This document shows, piece by piece, positions 25,576 to 40,040 of a DNA stretch of 64,000 bases (position 1 is its first letter; each line of letters opens with the position of its first letter). The position numbers and the translations under genes were made by a program. The notes beneath the pieces were generated by a model. The model did no database searches, was not told the DNA's origin, and saw nothing but the letters and a program-made list of their open reading frames with translations. This stretch comes from Eledone cirrhosa. Taxonomy: Eukaryota. The stretch lies in NCBI GenBank assembly GCA_964016885.1, contig OZ024746.1:86490001-86554000 (forward strand), in the 5' to 3' direction.

Positions 25576-28047
25576 TTTATAATAATATTTAATTGGAAGA
25601 AGAGGAGCAGTATTTCTCTATCTCTTATATACTTATGTGTGTTAATGTCTACAATTTCTATTACTGAAAACGTTACACATTCGTTGTGCTTCACTTTTAC
25701 AGTATGCTCACACATTTATTGCACCAGTAGTTTTACATGTTCCTGCTCTGTGAGTACAAAACTCGTTGAGGTCCACTTTACCGTTCATTCTTCCGAGGTA
25801 AATAGAATAAGATACCAGTTAAGTAATGGGGTCCAAAGAGTTAAATCGATTAAATCAACCCTGGAAGGATGAAAAGTAGAGTTGACAACGGTGGGATTTG
25901 AACTCAGAAAGTAAAGGTGGTGACAGACTGTAAGGGATGTGTAGCACTCTGTTTGTTTTTGGTCTGGGTTCATTCCGAAATGGGGGTATGCCACCGATGA
26001 TGATTCCAACTGCTAAAACGGGTAATTACAAACTATGGAGCACCTTCTAGTTTGCCTAAATCTTGAAGATTCATGCGCACTTAACGACCTCAAAACCTTA
26101 ATACCACAGACAAGACTTTGTGCGCAACATTGGATGAGTCTGGTGTAGCAACTCGATAATAACAGACCTGCCACCCTCTAAACACCCAAACGAGGAGTAC
26201 CATGAAAAAAAGGGCCCCCAAACAGGGAGAAATCAGGCAAAATGGGGAGATTTTACATAATGAAAGCTATACTCATTTTCATAAGAGAAGACATCTCTCA
26301 CCCATCCCCGTCGGATGGGGAGAGTTGACAGGTCTGTAATAAATGTTTCTACTTTTGGCACAAGGCCAACAATTACCCCAATGCATTACTGGTACTTTAT
26401 TTTATCGACCCCGTAAGGATCAAAGGCAAAGTTAACCTCGGCGGGATTTGAACTCAGGCCGTAAAGGGCTGTAACTCTATGCTGCAAAGCATGATGTCTG
26501 GCCCTCTACCGATACTGCTAACCCCCCCCCGGCCGACAGGTCTGCAATAATAATAAGAATTGTGAATCGAATCTATGTCAAACATTTGGTTAAACGCAAA
26601 CCTATCATCTCTCTACCATGTTCCAACGTTTAGAAAACACCTGATTGTATTCAAGCATAAAATAAAAAAATAAAATAAAATAAAAATGAAGACATTGTCT
26701 AGTAAAAATAATTTTGTATCTAAGCTTTATGGAAATCGAGCAAAAAAATCGATAAATGGAAGTAGTGAACTATTCTCTCTGTTTTACATAGTGGTTTTTT
26801 TTTTGTTCTTTTTTTCAAATCGACTATTTCTTTTGTCTTTGAGATAATCTTGTCTCGTTTAGAATATTCTTTGGCTAATGCTGCGGCTGCGGCTGCTGAG
26901 ACCCAGCTCAACTCTGATCAACTAGATATATTATCAAAGGCATTCCAGTCGTGGCTAACTCGTCTTTTATCGTTATGTAGGACTACATTATCTACTGTGC
27001 CCTTTCCATATTTAAACCGATAGTCTGATTTGAGGGAGATTTGGCTGTTATTTCTAGCATATAGAAGACTGTTCGTTGGCTCATTCGTTGGCTTCTGAAA
27101 AGGGGCATATCATTTTCATTTCCAGATTTACTTTGATGTTTGCTATTATAGTGTAACAGATAGGCTACTAAGGGGCTAGTTTCTCGTTAATTTATGTAGG
27201 CAGACAATAGCATAGCTGGAGGTTTTGATTTTGCTCCTCCACTTCCGAAAATCACGACAAAATATGCATACAACATAAAAAACCAATAAGTGCTACCCCG
27301 AGATCGCAAACTATATTTCGCTTTGCTACTCATCTGTAGACAGGAAGGAAGCTAGGCAGTTTTAGTGTCGGTATACAGTAGACGTTAAGATATTCATAAC
27401 AGCTCTAAGGTACAGGGCGCTTAAATCTTGATGGGGCAGTAGGAATTTTAAAGCTAACTGAGCGCACCCCTCTCCAGGCTCGAACACAATCTATTTATTC
27501 CAAAGAAATCATTGACCATAGTAATGGACTGCTACTTAATTTTTCGACCTGGAAAAGATGAAAGGCAAAGTTGACCTCTTTCCTCGCTGATACTATCTAC
27601 CGGTCGCAACTCATAGCGGAAGGAGCAACGTGAAATAAAGTGTCTTGCTCAAAGACATAACACTTTACCCTGTCCGAGAATTGAACTCGCAACCTAACGA
27701 TCGCGAATCCGACTCTCTAACCACTAAGCCACGCGCCTTCAAACTTTGATGCATAATTAGTGTAATTCACACATTGATGCATAATTAGTGAAATTTAAGG
27801 ATTTTGTTTTTATACTCGACATATTCTCTGCTCTTAAAAAAGCTGAAGATAAAGCAATAGATAATTTCCTTTCTGCATATTGATAATTTATGTCGCTATT
27901 GTCTTTAGATCAGAGGTTCTCAGACCTTTTGGGCCACCACCCATCTCACAGCCACGTTAAACCCTCCGTGCCCCTATCCCTATTTCCAAACAGACCTGCT
28001 TGCACGCAAATTATGAATAATATATAATAAATAAAAACATAAATTCA

Positions 28048-29006
28048 TCTATATATATAAAACTGTGGTTGTCTGTCTATCGATTTTTGGCACACATCTC
28101 CTCTTAGAATCTCTCACAGAATTGCACCGAAATTGCTATACTTGTACATTGAGCCCTAGCGAAGACATCGGAAAAAAAATATTTCAAATTGACCCACCCT
28201 ATGTGACGAAATCGAATATAATGTATCGATTTTTGAGCGTAAGTGATCAGTTATTTCCCTTTGTTCTGTTTACATTGAGCGTCTTACGTAAAAAATTACG
28301 CTGGCTTTCTCAGCGTTTAAAATGACATTAACACAATACATTCCATTTCAAAGCATTTTAAAACAATATTTTTACTTGAAAACAAGTCTATTTAAAGACT
28401 ACGTAAAACAAGCAAATATTTCGTAAAAAAAAAGCAAAAATTATATAAGTTTATTTAAAATATATGTATCTGTAAATTTCGTTAGGCGTGCAGACAGACA
28501 GTCGTGCAGACAGACAGTCGTGCAGAGAGGTGATATACGCGTGCAGACAGATAGTCGTGCAGAGAGGTGATATAGGCGTGCAGACAGACAGTCGTGCAGA
28601 GAGGTGATATAGGCGTGCAGACAGACAGTCGTGCAGAGAGGTGATATAGGCGTGCAGACAGACAGTCGTGCAGAGAGGTGATATAGGCGTGCAGACAGAC
28701 ATAACTGATAATTTGGTTACGCTAATGTTTTTCTCTGCGTTGCAGTGTTTACATTTTCGATCTTTGTTAATAAATAACCAGTGCAGTTTTTATCCCCAGC
28801 ATCCTCTTTTGTTATAACATTCGGGTTATCGTTATGTTTTCTTAACTTCATAAGGCATATTGTTGGTTGAGGGAATATTAATCAAAAACACCACATGCAA
28901 GTCTGCACAGTAGACACTACAGTTTTTAAGCCAATAAAGAAACTTAACATTGTAACTTTAACACAGCTACTGAGCGACCCCGAGCAACGCCGGGCTTTAC
29001 TGCTAG
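28048..29006 (+). mobile_element. Non-autonomous Helitron
   Basis: Starts 5' TC and ends with the hairpin CCCGAGCAACGCCGGG followed by CTAG. Inserted between A and T with no TSD. Contains an internal CGTGCAGA-based tandem array at 28485-28701. Confidence 0.85.
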
Positions 29007-29403
29007 TATATAATAAATAAAAACATAAATTCATATATAATAAATAAAAACATTAATTCATATATAATAAGTAATTGTTTCTACTTTTGGCACAAGGCCA
29101 ACAATTACCCAGTGCATTACTGGTACTTTATTTTATCGACCCCGTAAGGATGAAAGGCAAAGTTAACCTGGCGGGATTTGAACTCAGAACGTAAAGGGCC
29201 ATAAACCCTATGCTGCAAAGCATGGTATCTGACGCTCTACCGATACTGCCAAACTAAAGTCCATATATAATAAATTATATAATATTGTTATACCTGGGGT
29301 CATGCTGCCAATAAAACACACGCTCCTGTTGGTTTTCACTTCAATTTATTATAAGTTTCCAGTTGGTTGGTTGGTTCGATAACCAGAAGGTTGTTGATAT
29401 ATT

Positions 29404-29446
29404 GTCAAAGCTCTTTCGTCACACATTCTGTGACCTCCTTAGTGAC
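29404..29446 (-). ncRNA. Degenerate hammerhead motif (G5A, probably inactive)
   Basis: Minus strand reads GTCA-CTAAGGA-G-GTCAC(AGAATGT)GTGAC-GAAA-GAGC-TT-TGAC. Confidence 0.5.
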
Positions 29447-31497
29447 TAGGTTTATATTTTGTGTCTCTCCTTTGTTCTGTCTTACACCATCTTGTTTTTG
29501 TGTCGCAAAACAAATTCAAAAACAAATAATATAATATATGCTATATATAAATAAATATTATATATTTTTTATTTTACTATATTTATATATATTATGTATC
29601 ATTTGATACGTAATATACTATTATATCATCTCTACCACCCTTTAGACCCCAGCGCCACCTCGATCTTTTGAACACCCCTCCTCAGGGGTCAGTAACGCCT
29701 ACTTTGAGAAGCTCAGCTTTAGGTACACTTACCCTGGTGAACGGCTTTAACGGAGACGAATATTTCGTCTGGAGAGATAATATAGGTGTTATAAGTGTAA
29801 TAACCAACCAATATATAAGCATCAGTCATTGAAACATAGACATACAGAGATGTACTGCAGCACCAACAACAGTCTGGCAATGTTCCTTAATACAGAATAA
29901 TACTGAAACACTGCAAATCTTCCGAAAACTCCGTCAAACCCTGCAGCACACTTCACTAAACCACTATAGCGGAAGGAGGCCACTGCTACACCACAAAACA
30001 ATACCGTACGTCTATAGAATATAACTGGCACTCCGTCGGTTATGACGATTAGTGTTCCAGTTGATTCTATTAATGGAAGAGTCTGCTCGGGAAATTAGCG
30101 TGCTAGTGGCCGAGCATTCCACATAAACATTGGTCTATAACGTAGTTCTCGGGGAGATTCAGTCTGACACAGAATGTGTCATAGCTGGCCTTTCGAATTA
30201 TAGGTACAACTCAATTTTGCTAACTGAATGAACTGGAGCAAAGTGAGATAACGTGTTTTGCTCAATGATACAATGCACCACCCGGAATTGAACTCGTCAC
30301 CTTACGATTGTAAGATGAGTACCCTAACCACTAAGCCACGAGGCTTCACTAAATACACTACACAGAAATACACTACGAAAGAAAAACAACACAAATTGAG
30401 ATGCAAGCAAACGAGGGATTCTCAATGTAGTCACTCAGCCTGACAGAAATAGCAGTCAAATCTCATTCAAATCACATCTATTATCTTAAAAAAGCAAGTA
30501 CACACCGGATAATGTAATCTGAAATACAGTGTCTGATTAAAAGACGGGTAGAAAACCCTTGATAATGGGCCAGCTTGATCATGGTTAATAGGGAGTGAAG
30601 GAAGAACAAGAGGAGGAATAGATTCAATATTCATCCCATTCAGGGTGCTGGATTGGCAGAATTGGTAGGGCGTCGTATAAAACGCCACTGCGCGGTGGAT
30701 TGGCAGTATCGGTAGAGGGTCGGACGCCATGCTTTGCAGCATAGAGTTACGGCCCTTTATGATCTGAGTTCAAATCCCGCCGATGTTAACTTTGCTTTTC
30801 ATCCTTACGAGGTCGATAAAATAAAGTACCAGTAATGTACTGGTAATTGCTGGCCTTGTGCCAAAAGTAGAAACAGTTATTTATTCTAGCTCTTTACATT
30901 CTGAGTTCAAATCCCACCGAGGTTAACTTTGTTTTCATCCTTCCAGATTCGATAACTTGATATACCAGTAAAGAACTGGGGTCGATATAATCGACTTTAC
31001 CCTCGCTCCAAATTTTTGTGCCAATATTGGAAATAAATATTCGTACCATTAATTTGTTTTTGTCATATCAATGGAATTTATTAGGAAATAAGACAGTAAA
31101 ACAGGAACGTTTTACGTTAAAAGAGAGACCCCCAAAAAATGGAGACACTATAAAAATGATAAAGAAAGATAAAAACAAAATTAAGTAATGAGATAAAGGG
31201 GGAAGGGGTAAAGAAGGGCAGATCTGGCTGTATGGGAAAGTAGAGGAAAGGATTATAAATACCATAAACGAGAGGAAAGGGAGGGAAAAAGCAAGGACTC
31301 TTGGGCCACAGAAGAAAGGGTGGGGGAAGGGGAAAGGGTGATGGGCTCTGGCTTAAGGCGGGGCAGTGTTTAGGATGCGCCTCGTGGAAAATAATTATAT
31401 GATAGTCTGTGATTGACATGCTATCAGCTGAAAAATGTGTGCTTGTGTGCGTTTCTCCCTTTTTCATTCACTGCCTCCGTCTCTCTCTCTCTCCCCA

Positions 31498-32015
31498 TCA
31501 CTCACTATTATATTCAAATCGGAGCCCACGCACCTGCCTCCCCGTGGTCCCTCTGAACAGAATAGAGAAGGCGTTTCCCCGGACGATGGTGAGGGAGACG
31601 TATTGGATGAGCCATTCCAACTCGCGAGGCTCACACCTGAGTGTACCCAACTCCGTTCCGATGGTGGTGAGTAACGAAGTGGTGCTAGGGCCAAGAACAC
31701 CAGAAGTCTCCACTGCTATGGGCTCGATCGCAAACCTGTCGGAGAGCGACCGATATTTGGAGAGTTTACTCTCCTCGGGCCGAAGTGCAGCTGATCCTAG
31801 ATTAGCCGCAGACTGTACCATGTTGCCGCTGGAGAAAGTGTCGCTGCTACCCTCCTCGGCCCGAAGTGCAGCTGATCCTAGATTAGCCGCAGACTGTACC
31901 ATGTTGCCGCTGGAGAAAGTGTCGCTGCTACCCTCCTCGGCCCGAAGTGCCGCTGATCCTAGATTAGCCGCAGACTGTACCATGTTGCCGCTGGAGAAAG
32001 TGTCGCTGCATGTGA
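31498..32015 (-). mobile_element. CRE-like RLE retrotransposon 3' end with an 81-bp unit present three times
   Basis: Encodes KYRSLSDRFAIEPIAVETSGVLGP...SLTIVRGNAFSI. Repeat units start at 31771, 31852 and 31933. Confidence 0.8.
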
Positions 32016-32709
32016 CTTCAGGAACAAAGCCAGACAGTTTAGATGGGGTAGTTGATTATACCAACCATAGTAATTGATTATGCTTTATTTCATCAATCCA
32101 CGAAGGATGAAAGTTAAAGTTGACCACGGTATGATTCGAACTCATTACGTTATTAAAAATCTGTGCCCCAGCATGGGCACAGTCAATGATTGAAACAAAT
32201 AAAATAATTGTTTCTACTTTTGGCACAAGGCCAGCAATTATCCCAGTGTATTACTGCTACTTTATTTTATCGACCCCCTTAAGGATGAAAAGCAAAGTTA
32301 ACCTCGGTAGGATTTGAACTCAGAATGGCAAGGGCCGTAACTCTATGCGTCAAAGCATGGCGTCCGACCCTCTACCGATACTGCCAATCCACCGACCTTG
32401 AAACAAATTAAATAATAAAGAATAAATATTTTTCCTATCTCTACTGCATAAAATTGATAACAACTATAACAAGAGCAGCAACAAAAGCAGTGACAATATC
32501 TCTAACTGCAACAACAACAAGATAATCGCCATTAGATAATAATAAAAGTGAGCTACCTTGGTGAATATAGTATAAAATATCTACTTTTATGAGAACATGC
32601 AGAATATTAAAGAGGCTGTGTCAATAATTAGGAACAACATTTTTAGCCTTATCTCTAATCTCTATTTTATTTATCCCCACCCGTCTCTCTTTCCACCCCT
32701 CTCTAGCCA

Positions 32710-32765
<56 letters not shown>

Positions 32766-32948
32766 TGTCTTTCTAACGCCCTCTCTTTACCCACCTTCTC
32801 TCTCTCTCTCCCTCCCTTTTATTTACTCTTTTCAGGTTTTTCTTTTATAAACTAGTGTCTATCTATTTTCTGTCTATCTTTTTTTTCTGGATACCGATTT
32901 TAAACATTTCATATATAATTGCACAGACACACACGCATGCACACACGC

Positions 32949-32984
<36 letters not shown>

Positions 32985-33087
32985 CACATAACACACACAC
33001 GCACACATAAAGGGCCACGGCAGCACCCACCCCACACCCCGCCACCTAATGTGTTGTAACTATTAACAGGAACAAAATCAGTTCTTT

Positions 33088-33173
<86 letters not shown>

Positions 33174-33433
33174 GTGTGTGTGTGTGTTGCTGTTTGATTT
33201 CCAGCGGCGCGCTGGGCCCTTCAGCAAGACAGTCTTTTTCATTTTCCTCCAGTATACAAAAATGTATCTGTGGTTCAAAAGGTGAGGTCTGTCACACACT
33301 GTGTCAAGTTGAACCTCTTGAGAACTGCATTAAAACTACACGTAGCTGTGGAATGTCACTGACTTTGTCATTAAGTTCATGTGCAAGCAGTTTCATTGGC
33401 TGAAATACTCATAGCTGGAACCGACAGAATATC

Positions 33434-33567
<134 letters not shown>

Positions 33568-33589
33568 CACACACGCACACGCACACACA

Positions 33590-33649
<60 letters not shown>

Positions 33650-33703
33650 GTAGTGAAAGAGTGAAGAATAACATGGTCGGCTGTACAAAAAGGGTTTTAT
33701 TTA

Positions 33704-33818
33704 CAGTATTAACAATTGTTTCATTGATCAGGTGAGTCTAAAGGCCGTTAATCACTCGAAATTGCGTCACTCGACCTTAAATACAGTGTATGTCTCTGAT
33801 CAAATCATCGGAATACTG
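33704..33818 (-). ncRNA. Type I hammerhead motif with a U4C core change and a long stem II
   Basis: Minus strand reads CAGTATT-CCGATGA-T-TTGATCAG...CTGATCAA-T-GAAA-CAATTG-TT-AATACTG. Stem I is 7 bp, stem II 8 bp, stem III palindromic. The segment is flanked by (TA)n. Confidence 0.75.
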
Positions 33819-33846
33819 GATTACCTTAAACGATAGTTTGTTATCC

Positions 33847-33888
<42 letters not shown>

Positions 33889-33955
33889 TATATAAATAAA
33901 CGAGGGCGGTGCCCCAGCATGGCCTGAGCCGGATGGCTGGAACAGGTAAAAACGA

Positions 33956-33989
<34 letters not shown>

Positions 33990-33991
33990 TA

Positions 33992-34130
33992 GTAGACACC
34001 TTATCTGGTATTTTACTTGCTATATCGAGTGGGCCACTGGCTTCTCCAACAGAGCCTGTTTCAAATCTGTGGTCCCAAACAACAATATCAGGCCAGTTGT
34101 GTTTTAAGTTGGTGGTGGTTTTTATTTTTA
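33992..34130 (-). mobile_element. Decayed R4-like RLE fragment
   Basis: IKTTTNLKHNWPDIVVWDH...GE.SGPLDI resembles the fragments at 40890 and 45559. Confidence 0.6.
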
Positions 34131-35286
34131 GTTTCCTACAATATTCCTTCGAGCCATCTCTATTTGTCTTTATTTTCATCTTCCGCAGTGCACTCAATAT
34201 TGTTCGGGCTTTCACATCTCACGGGAAAATGATAATGGTTTCTGATTTAGACATAAGGCCAACAATTTTCGGGAAGAAGGGGCAAAGTCGATTAAATCGA
34301 CCTCAATGCATTACAGGTATTTTATTTTATTGACTCCGTAAAGACGAAAAGCAAAGCTAACCTCGGCGAGATGTGAACTCAGAATGTAAAGAGCCATAAC
34401 TCAATGACACAAAGCATGTTGTCCGACGCTCTACCGATACTGCTAATCTACTCCTCTTTAATAGTGGTTTCCGATTTAGAAAAGAAAGCCAACAATATTT
34501 GGGGAAAGAAAGTCTATTAAATCAACCCCCACCCCTCAGTGAATTACTGGTACTTTATTTCATCGATCCCCGTAAGGATGAAAGGCAAAGTTAACCTCGG
34601 CGGGATTTGAACTCAGTACGTAAAGGGCCGTAACTCTATGTTGCAAAGCCGGGTCTCCGTGGCTCCTCCGATTCTGCAATCCACCACCACTAATAGTATT
34701 AGTGATAATATATAAAATAAATAATTAAATAAACGGACAATGGAAATGAAAGTAAACATAGAAAATTGGGGGGGGGGGGGGGGGGAGAGAGAAAACAAAG
34801 AGAAAAAAGAAGAGAGAAAGGAAAAATGTCCTTAGTAGATAGAGATTTTCTTTGAATTGTAGTGGTTTTCCTTTTATCTTGTGATGAGTGTATGTGGTTG
34901 CAGGTGTTTGCATATAGGCGTGTGTGAATTGGTTTTTCCCACCCATGAGGAATAATTACATATTTGTTAATGGATTGCATTTATTTATTTATTTTCTGTT
35001 GTTGAATGAATGAGGCTGAGCATTCATAGAGTGGGAAAATTGGGTGTTTTTTCTATAACACCTGAAACCAAATTTTTTCTTTTGTATATTCGAATTGCTC
35101 ACAGAACACGTGAAATAGTATTTTTGTTAAATATTTAATAATTAGCATCTAATACTTGAATAGCTTATACCAATCGAAACCGGTTATACCTAATGCAACA
35201 ATTATAAAATAATTCATTCTGTCGGATTAAAGAAAAAATATTTTATAAATATACTTCTGTGCATTTTCACTTTCACATTTTAACTA

Positions 35287-35560
35287 TCTATATAACAAAA
35301 ACAGAGAATGTCTGTATGTCTCCCTAAAACTCGAGAACCACCGAACCGAGTTTTTTCAAACTTTACACATGTAATACTTATGGTCCTGTGAGTGTTTTGA
35401 GCCAAAATATTTCAAATTTTTAATGCCCTAGGGACTGCATTAGGCGATTTAGCGATCTCTCTCTATAATTCTTAGTCTTTCTTTTTAGATAGATACATAG
35501 ATATAACGCTGCGCCCGTATATCTGTCTGTATGTCTGAATGTCTGCATTACCGACATTAT
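35287..35560 (+). mobile_element. Helitron 5' fragment (3' boundary uncertain)
   Basis: A|TCTATATAACAAAAACAGAGAATGTCTGTATGTC...AACCACCGAACCGA is a typical non-autonomous Helitron start, similar in layout to 28048. Confidence 0.55.
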
Positions 35561-35599
35561 GACGCTATATGTGTGTGTGTGTGTATATATGTATATATA

Positions 35600-35643
<44 letters not shown>

Positions 35644-35761
35644 TGTAACGTTTTTCAAAATATTTACTTCTGCGTTCACAGATTGATTTTTTTTAGTTTC
35701 AGAAGATCCCGTTACGGGTGAAAGCAGCGATTCTTTGCTTAAACTTCAATCTGTTATTTTA

Positions 35762-35846
<85 letters not shown>

Positions 35847-35983
35847 TTCGTGTACAGATATTTTTGCATACACAATAACAAAATATAAACAAACGAATTT
35901 ATTTCACGAGGCCCGATAAAGATAAATATATATCAAATAAACCCCGTTTTCAACTACACACACACGCACGCATACAGACACAG

Positions 35984-36066
<83 letters not shown>

Positions 36067-36896
36067 ATGATTTATTATGTGAAAATTTGCCTATGTTAGA
36101 GTGTTCAAATATCCCCATCCTGCTTCACTTCACTTCCTCCTGTCCCCTCCATCTCCCCCTTCTCCTCTTTCTCCCCATATATTTCATATATTTACCTAAA
36201 CTGCGATTCTGTGTTTCTCTCTTTCTCTCTTACTGCTCCCTCGTTCTCTCTGTTTCTCTTACTTTCTTTCGTCCCCTCTGTCATGTCAGTTAACACTTTC
36301 TCTCTACTGACCTCTTCCTCGCACTCCCACTCACTCAGTCCCTGTTTCTCCCCTTCTTTCTTCCTCCCGTTCGCTTCGAAAACGATTTTCCTTCTTTCTA
36401 ACATCGGATTCACTAGCGGAAAGTCTGTTTTTAACTCGCACATACATTCACACAGCTTATGCTGAAAGAATAACCATGTTGCTTGTGTTTATTTCCATCT
36501 TCGGTTAGCTTTCCCCTGTGTTGTTTACTTGTCTCACTCGCTTTACGCGTTTCTATTGTCCTAATAACTTATTTTAGTTATTATCGCTCCAACGTGAGGT
36601 ATATGATTTTTAATGCAATGAAATACCAATGATCGTTGGCAAATCACTGATGAGGGACTCATTTTATAACATGTTATCCACGTGCAACCATGCAGTATTC
36701 TTCTCCCCCATATTTTTCATATATATATATATATACAGAAGTGGTTACACAACAGTTAGTTCACCATACCGAGAACAATTGTTTCACCTTCGCGGATTAT
36801 ATATATATAAGAGACGGTTTTATTCGTACATCTTCATTTTATTACATAATTCTATTATACGCATTTCAAAGATGTCAGAGTGGTTATATAATATAG

Positions 36897-36962
<66 letters not shown>

Positions 36963-36964
<2 letters not shown>

Positions 36965-37181
36965 TCTTTTTAAGAATATTTATTTGGTTCTTTTACCGGT
37001 TTCGCAGTTCTTATGCTTTTCAAAAGTAGAATTGAGATGGAGAGTTTGTGGTTTTTCTCGCATCTGAGAAAAACCACAAACTCTCCATCTCAATTCTACT
37101 TAAGAATTGCGAAACCGGTAAAGGAACCAAATAAATATTCTTAAAAAGACTCCAGTTGCATTTTCGATTTCATCTTTTTTT

Positions 37182-37185
<4 letters not shown>
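36963..37185. mobile_element. (TA)n-embedded foldback element, family B, with a U3-A8 HHR motif on the left arm (minus strand)
   Basis: Arms lie at 36963-37059 and 37066-37151. Homologous to 63497-63708. Confidence 0.75.
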
Positions 37186-37230
<45 letters not shown>

Positions 37231-37232
<2 letters not shown>

Positions 37233-37420
37233 AAAAGAGTCAGGACCCCGACGGCTGAGCTCCGGCCGTTTCGACAGCTAGTTCAGAACTAGCTGTCGAA
37301 ATGGCCGGAGCTCAGCCGTCGGTGTCCTGACTCTTTCCCTATTACCCATTCTACTACTAAAAGTATCGAGTACTCCTGTGCGTTATGGTCCACCTGGTTC
37401 CTTACCACACTTCCTTCGTT
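37231..37420 (+). mobile_element. (TA)n-embedded foldback element, family D
   Basis: A near-perfect ~110-bp palindrome centred on GTTCAGAAC, followed by the shared 3' tail ending CTTCGTT(AT)n. Confidence 0.75.
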
Positions 37421-37616
37421 ATATATATATATGTGCCGTATTTACCATTGTGCTTAAGAAATTTTTCATTCAGGACCCAAGTAAGGGGTCTCATAACTTA
37501 ACTAGCACTGGGCCTCATTTGTCCTAAACCCAGCACTGTATGAACACTCTCATTATAGTTACTTTCTTGGCTTTACATATGTGCATATATTTATGTGTAT
37601 GGGTGTATGTGCGCGA

Positions 37617-37654
<38 letters not shown>

Positions 37655-37983
37655 ATATGTGTGTGTGTGTGTCTACATGAGTGCATGCATGTCTATTTGT
37701 ACGTCAGTGTCTGAACTAACAAAAATGTAGTCATGTTTACGCCTCTATGGAAACATCTAACAAAAGAATCAATAAAGTACAGACACGCTAAGATGTTGCT
37801 TCTCAGACATTTTATGATTTCACAGAGAAAAATACTTCCGTCATGTCAAAATGTTTAAAGTCGCTCTAACAGCCAACATTTAACTGAATACTGCATTGTA
37901 ATTTTATGAAAGCAGTCACATACATATTCATATACTTGACTCATTATTTTCATGTTTCTCTCTTTCATTTTCTACACATCTAA

Positions 37984-40040
37984 TATGAGTTTTACATAGG
38001 CATGCCGGACTTGTTCTCTGGCGCCCTCGAAGCCGTCTACTGCAACTGGCAGCAGAACGGGAGAATTTCCAGTTCTGAAAGCAGGGGCGTAGTAACGCTG
38101 ATCAGGAAAGACGAGAACAAAGGGGACGAACTAAGCAACTTTAGGCCCATAGCTCTGCTCAACACAGAGTTAAAGATTATGGCCAAGGTGTTAACAACGA
38201 GGCTGGCGCTTGTCATCGAGAACCTGGTAGGGAAAGCGTAAACGTGTGCAATCTCAACCAGGTCCATAGACGACAACCTCCACCTCATGTGATACATCAT
38301 AGAGAGAGTGCAAACCCGGCTTCGGTGGGGCTCTGACCAATTTAGATCAGTCTAAGGCGTTCGATAGGGTCGACCATCGATACTTGGAAGCGGTTCTCAA
38401 GGCGGCCGGTTTCGGACCCGTCTTCAGAGGCTGGATCAAAGCAATGCACACCAACATTTGCTTGACGGTCAAGGTGAACTGCTACCTATTGGAGCCGTTC
38501 GCAATCACGCGTTCCATTCGACAGGGATGCCCTCTCTCCTCCATTCTGTACGTACTGACTCTAGAGCCACTACTGCGGAAGTTGGAGCTTCTGCAGGGTA
38601 TCCCGTTGGAACTGGGACTGCGGAAAGCGGCGTCGGCTTATGCCGACGACGTGACAGTAATGGTGCCGAAAACCTCGGAAATCGGGGCGATCGGTAACTT
38701 ACTGCAGGAATACGAAAGGCTCACAGGAGCAAAATTGAACCCGGACAAGTCTGTTGGTTTGCAACTTGGAACGTGGAGAGGCAAACCGATGCCGTCCGAC
38801 AGCGTCGTCGGACGCTGGACGGAAGGACCGGTGAAATTGCTCGAGGTTTGGTTCGGTCCGGACCTCCAGGTAGAGAAAAACTGGAACGAGGTCACGGCCA
38901 AGGTATTTGCGCTCACCCAGAAGTGAGCAGAGTGCAAACTCTCCTTGAACGGTCGAGCGGAGGTGGCCAACACTTTCATAGCGTCCGTCATCTACTACCG
39001 CTTGACTGTCGTACCTTGTCCCCGTGAACACCTCACCAAGATGGAACGCATGCTCTTCCAGTTCCTTTGGAAGAAGCATGCTCCACTGGTGAGGAGATCC
39101 GTCTGCTGTCAGCACCCTTCAAACATAGGGCTGGGATTGCCGTGGCTGATGATGCGCAAACATGCGCTGAGGCTACGGCATCTCCAGGTATTCCTCACCG
39201 AACAACCGGTGTGGGAACCGTTTGTGAGATAGGCCTTCCCGCAACTTGTCTAGCTTTCAGAGCTGCAGTCCTGGGTCAAGCGAAGACCAAAGAAGATGGG
39301 CGCCTGGCACATTGAATGCGCTCAGGCGCTCACAGTCCTTTGTCAAGCGGCCACGGCAATCAGCGGAGACACTACTTCGACATTCTATAGAGGGTTAGTA
39401 CGTCACAAGGGCGACGACGTGATCGGAGAGACTCTGGGCGTCGAAGACGACGATCTCACCAGTCTGTTTGGTAGGACTTTCCGCCCGGGACCTATGGACA
39501 ACTTCCAGAGGTCCCTGGCCTGGCAGTGCTACCGAGGAGCTCTACAGTTCGAGACAAGATCTACAGACACGGACGCCCCGGAAGGGATCCTTCCAAGAGG
39601 GCGTGTCCAAGATGCGAGCAGGCCATTGAAACCATCTTGCACGCAATTGTACACTGCCCGGGCGTAACTGGCCTGTGGGAACTACGCAGAACAACTGCTG
39701 TCGCGTATGGGACAAATCTGCCGAGTCCACAGTAAGGATCAAACCGCCAACTGCTTTCAAAAACGAGAGAGAGGCGGTTTTCCTCTATATAGTGGCTATG
39801 GTGAAAGAGGTTATATGGTGGACGAGATTGCGGGACTCGGGACAGATGCCTTTCTCTCCGGACAACAACTCATTCCCTTCTTTAGGTACCACTTTAGAAG
39901 GAGAATCAGAGTGCAGAGAGAGGCACTGCATCCCAGTAAATTTACTGAAAGGTGGGTGAATGTAGCAAAAATGGCCCCAGTGATTGGGCCTTCTCTGTAT
40001 ATAAACCTGTAGGTTGAAGAAGAGAGCAAAAGGAAGAATA
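37984..40040 (+). pseudogene. 5'-truncated Tx1/L1-clade LINE ORF2 (RT plus C-terminal CCHC), disrupted
   Basis: Contains NFRPIALLNTELKIMAK, LDQSKAFDRVDH, RQGCPLS, AYADDVT and CPRCEQAIETILHAIVHC, with several stops and frameshifts. Confidence 0.92.

Larger units (their letters stand above)
27911..29716. mobile_element. hAT MITE hosting nested insertions
   Basis: Termini CAGAGGTTCTCAGA / TTTGAGAAGCTCAG with TSD CTTTAGAT / CTTTAGGT. Confidence 0.75.
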
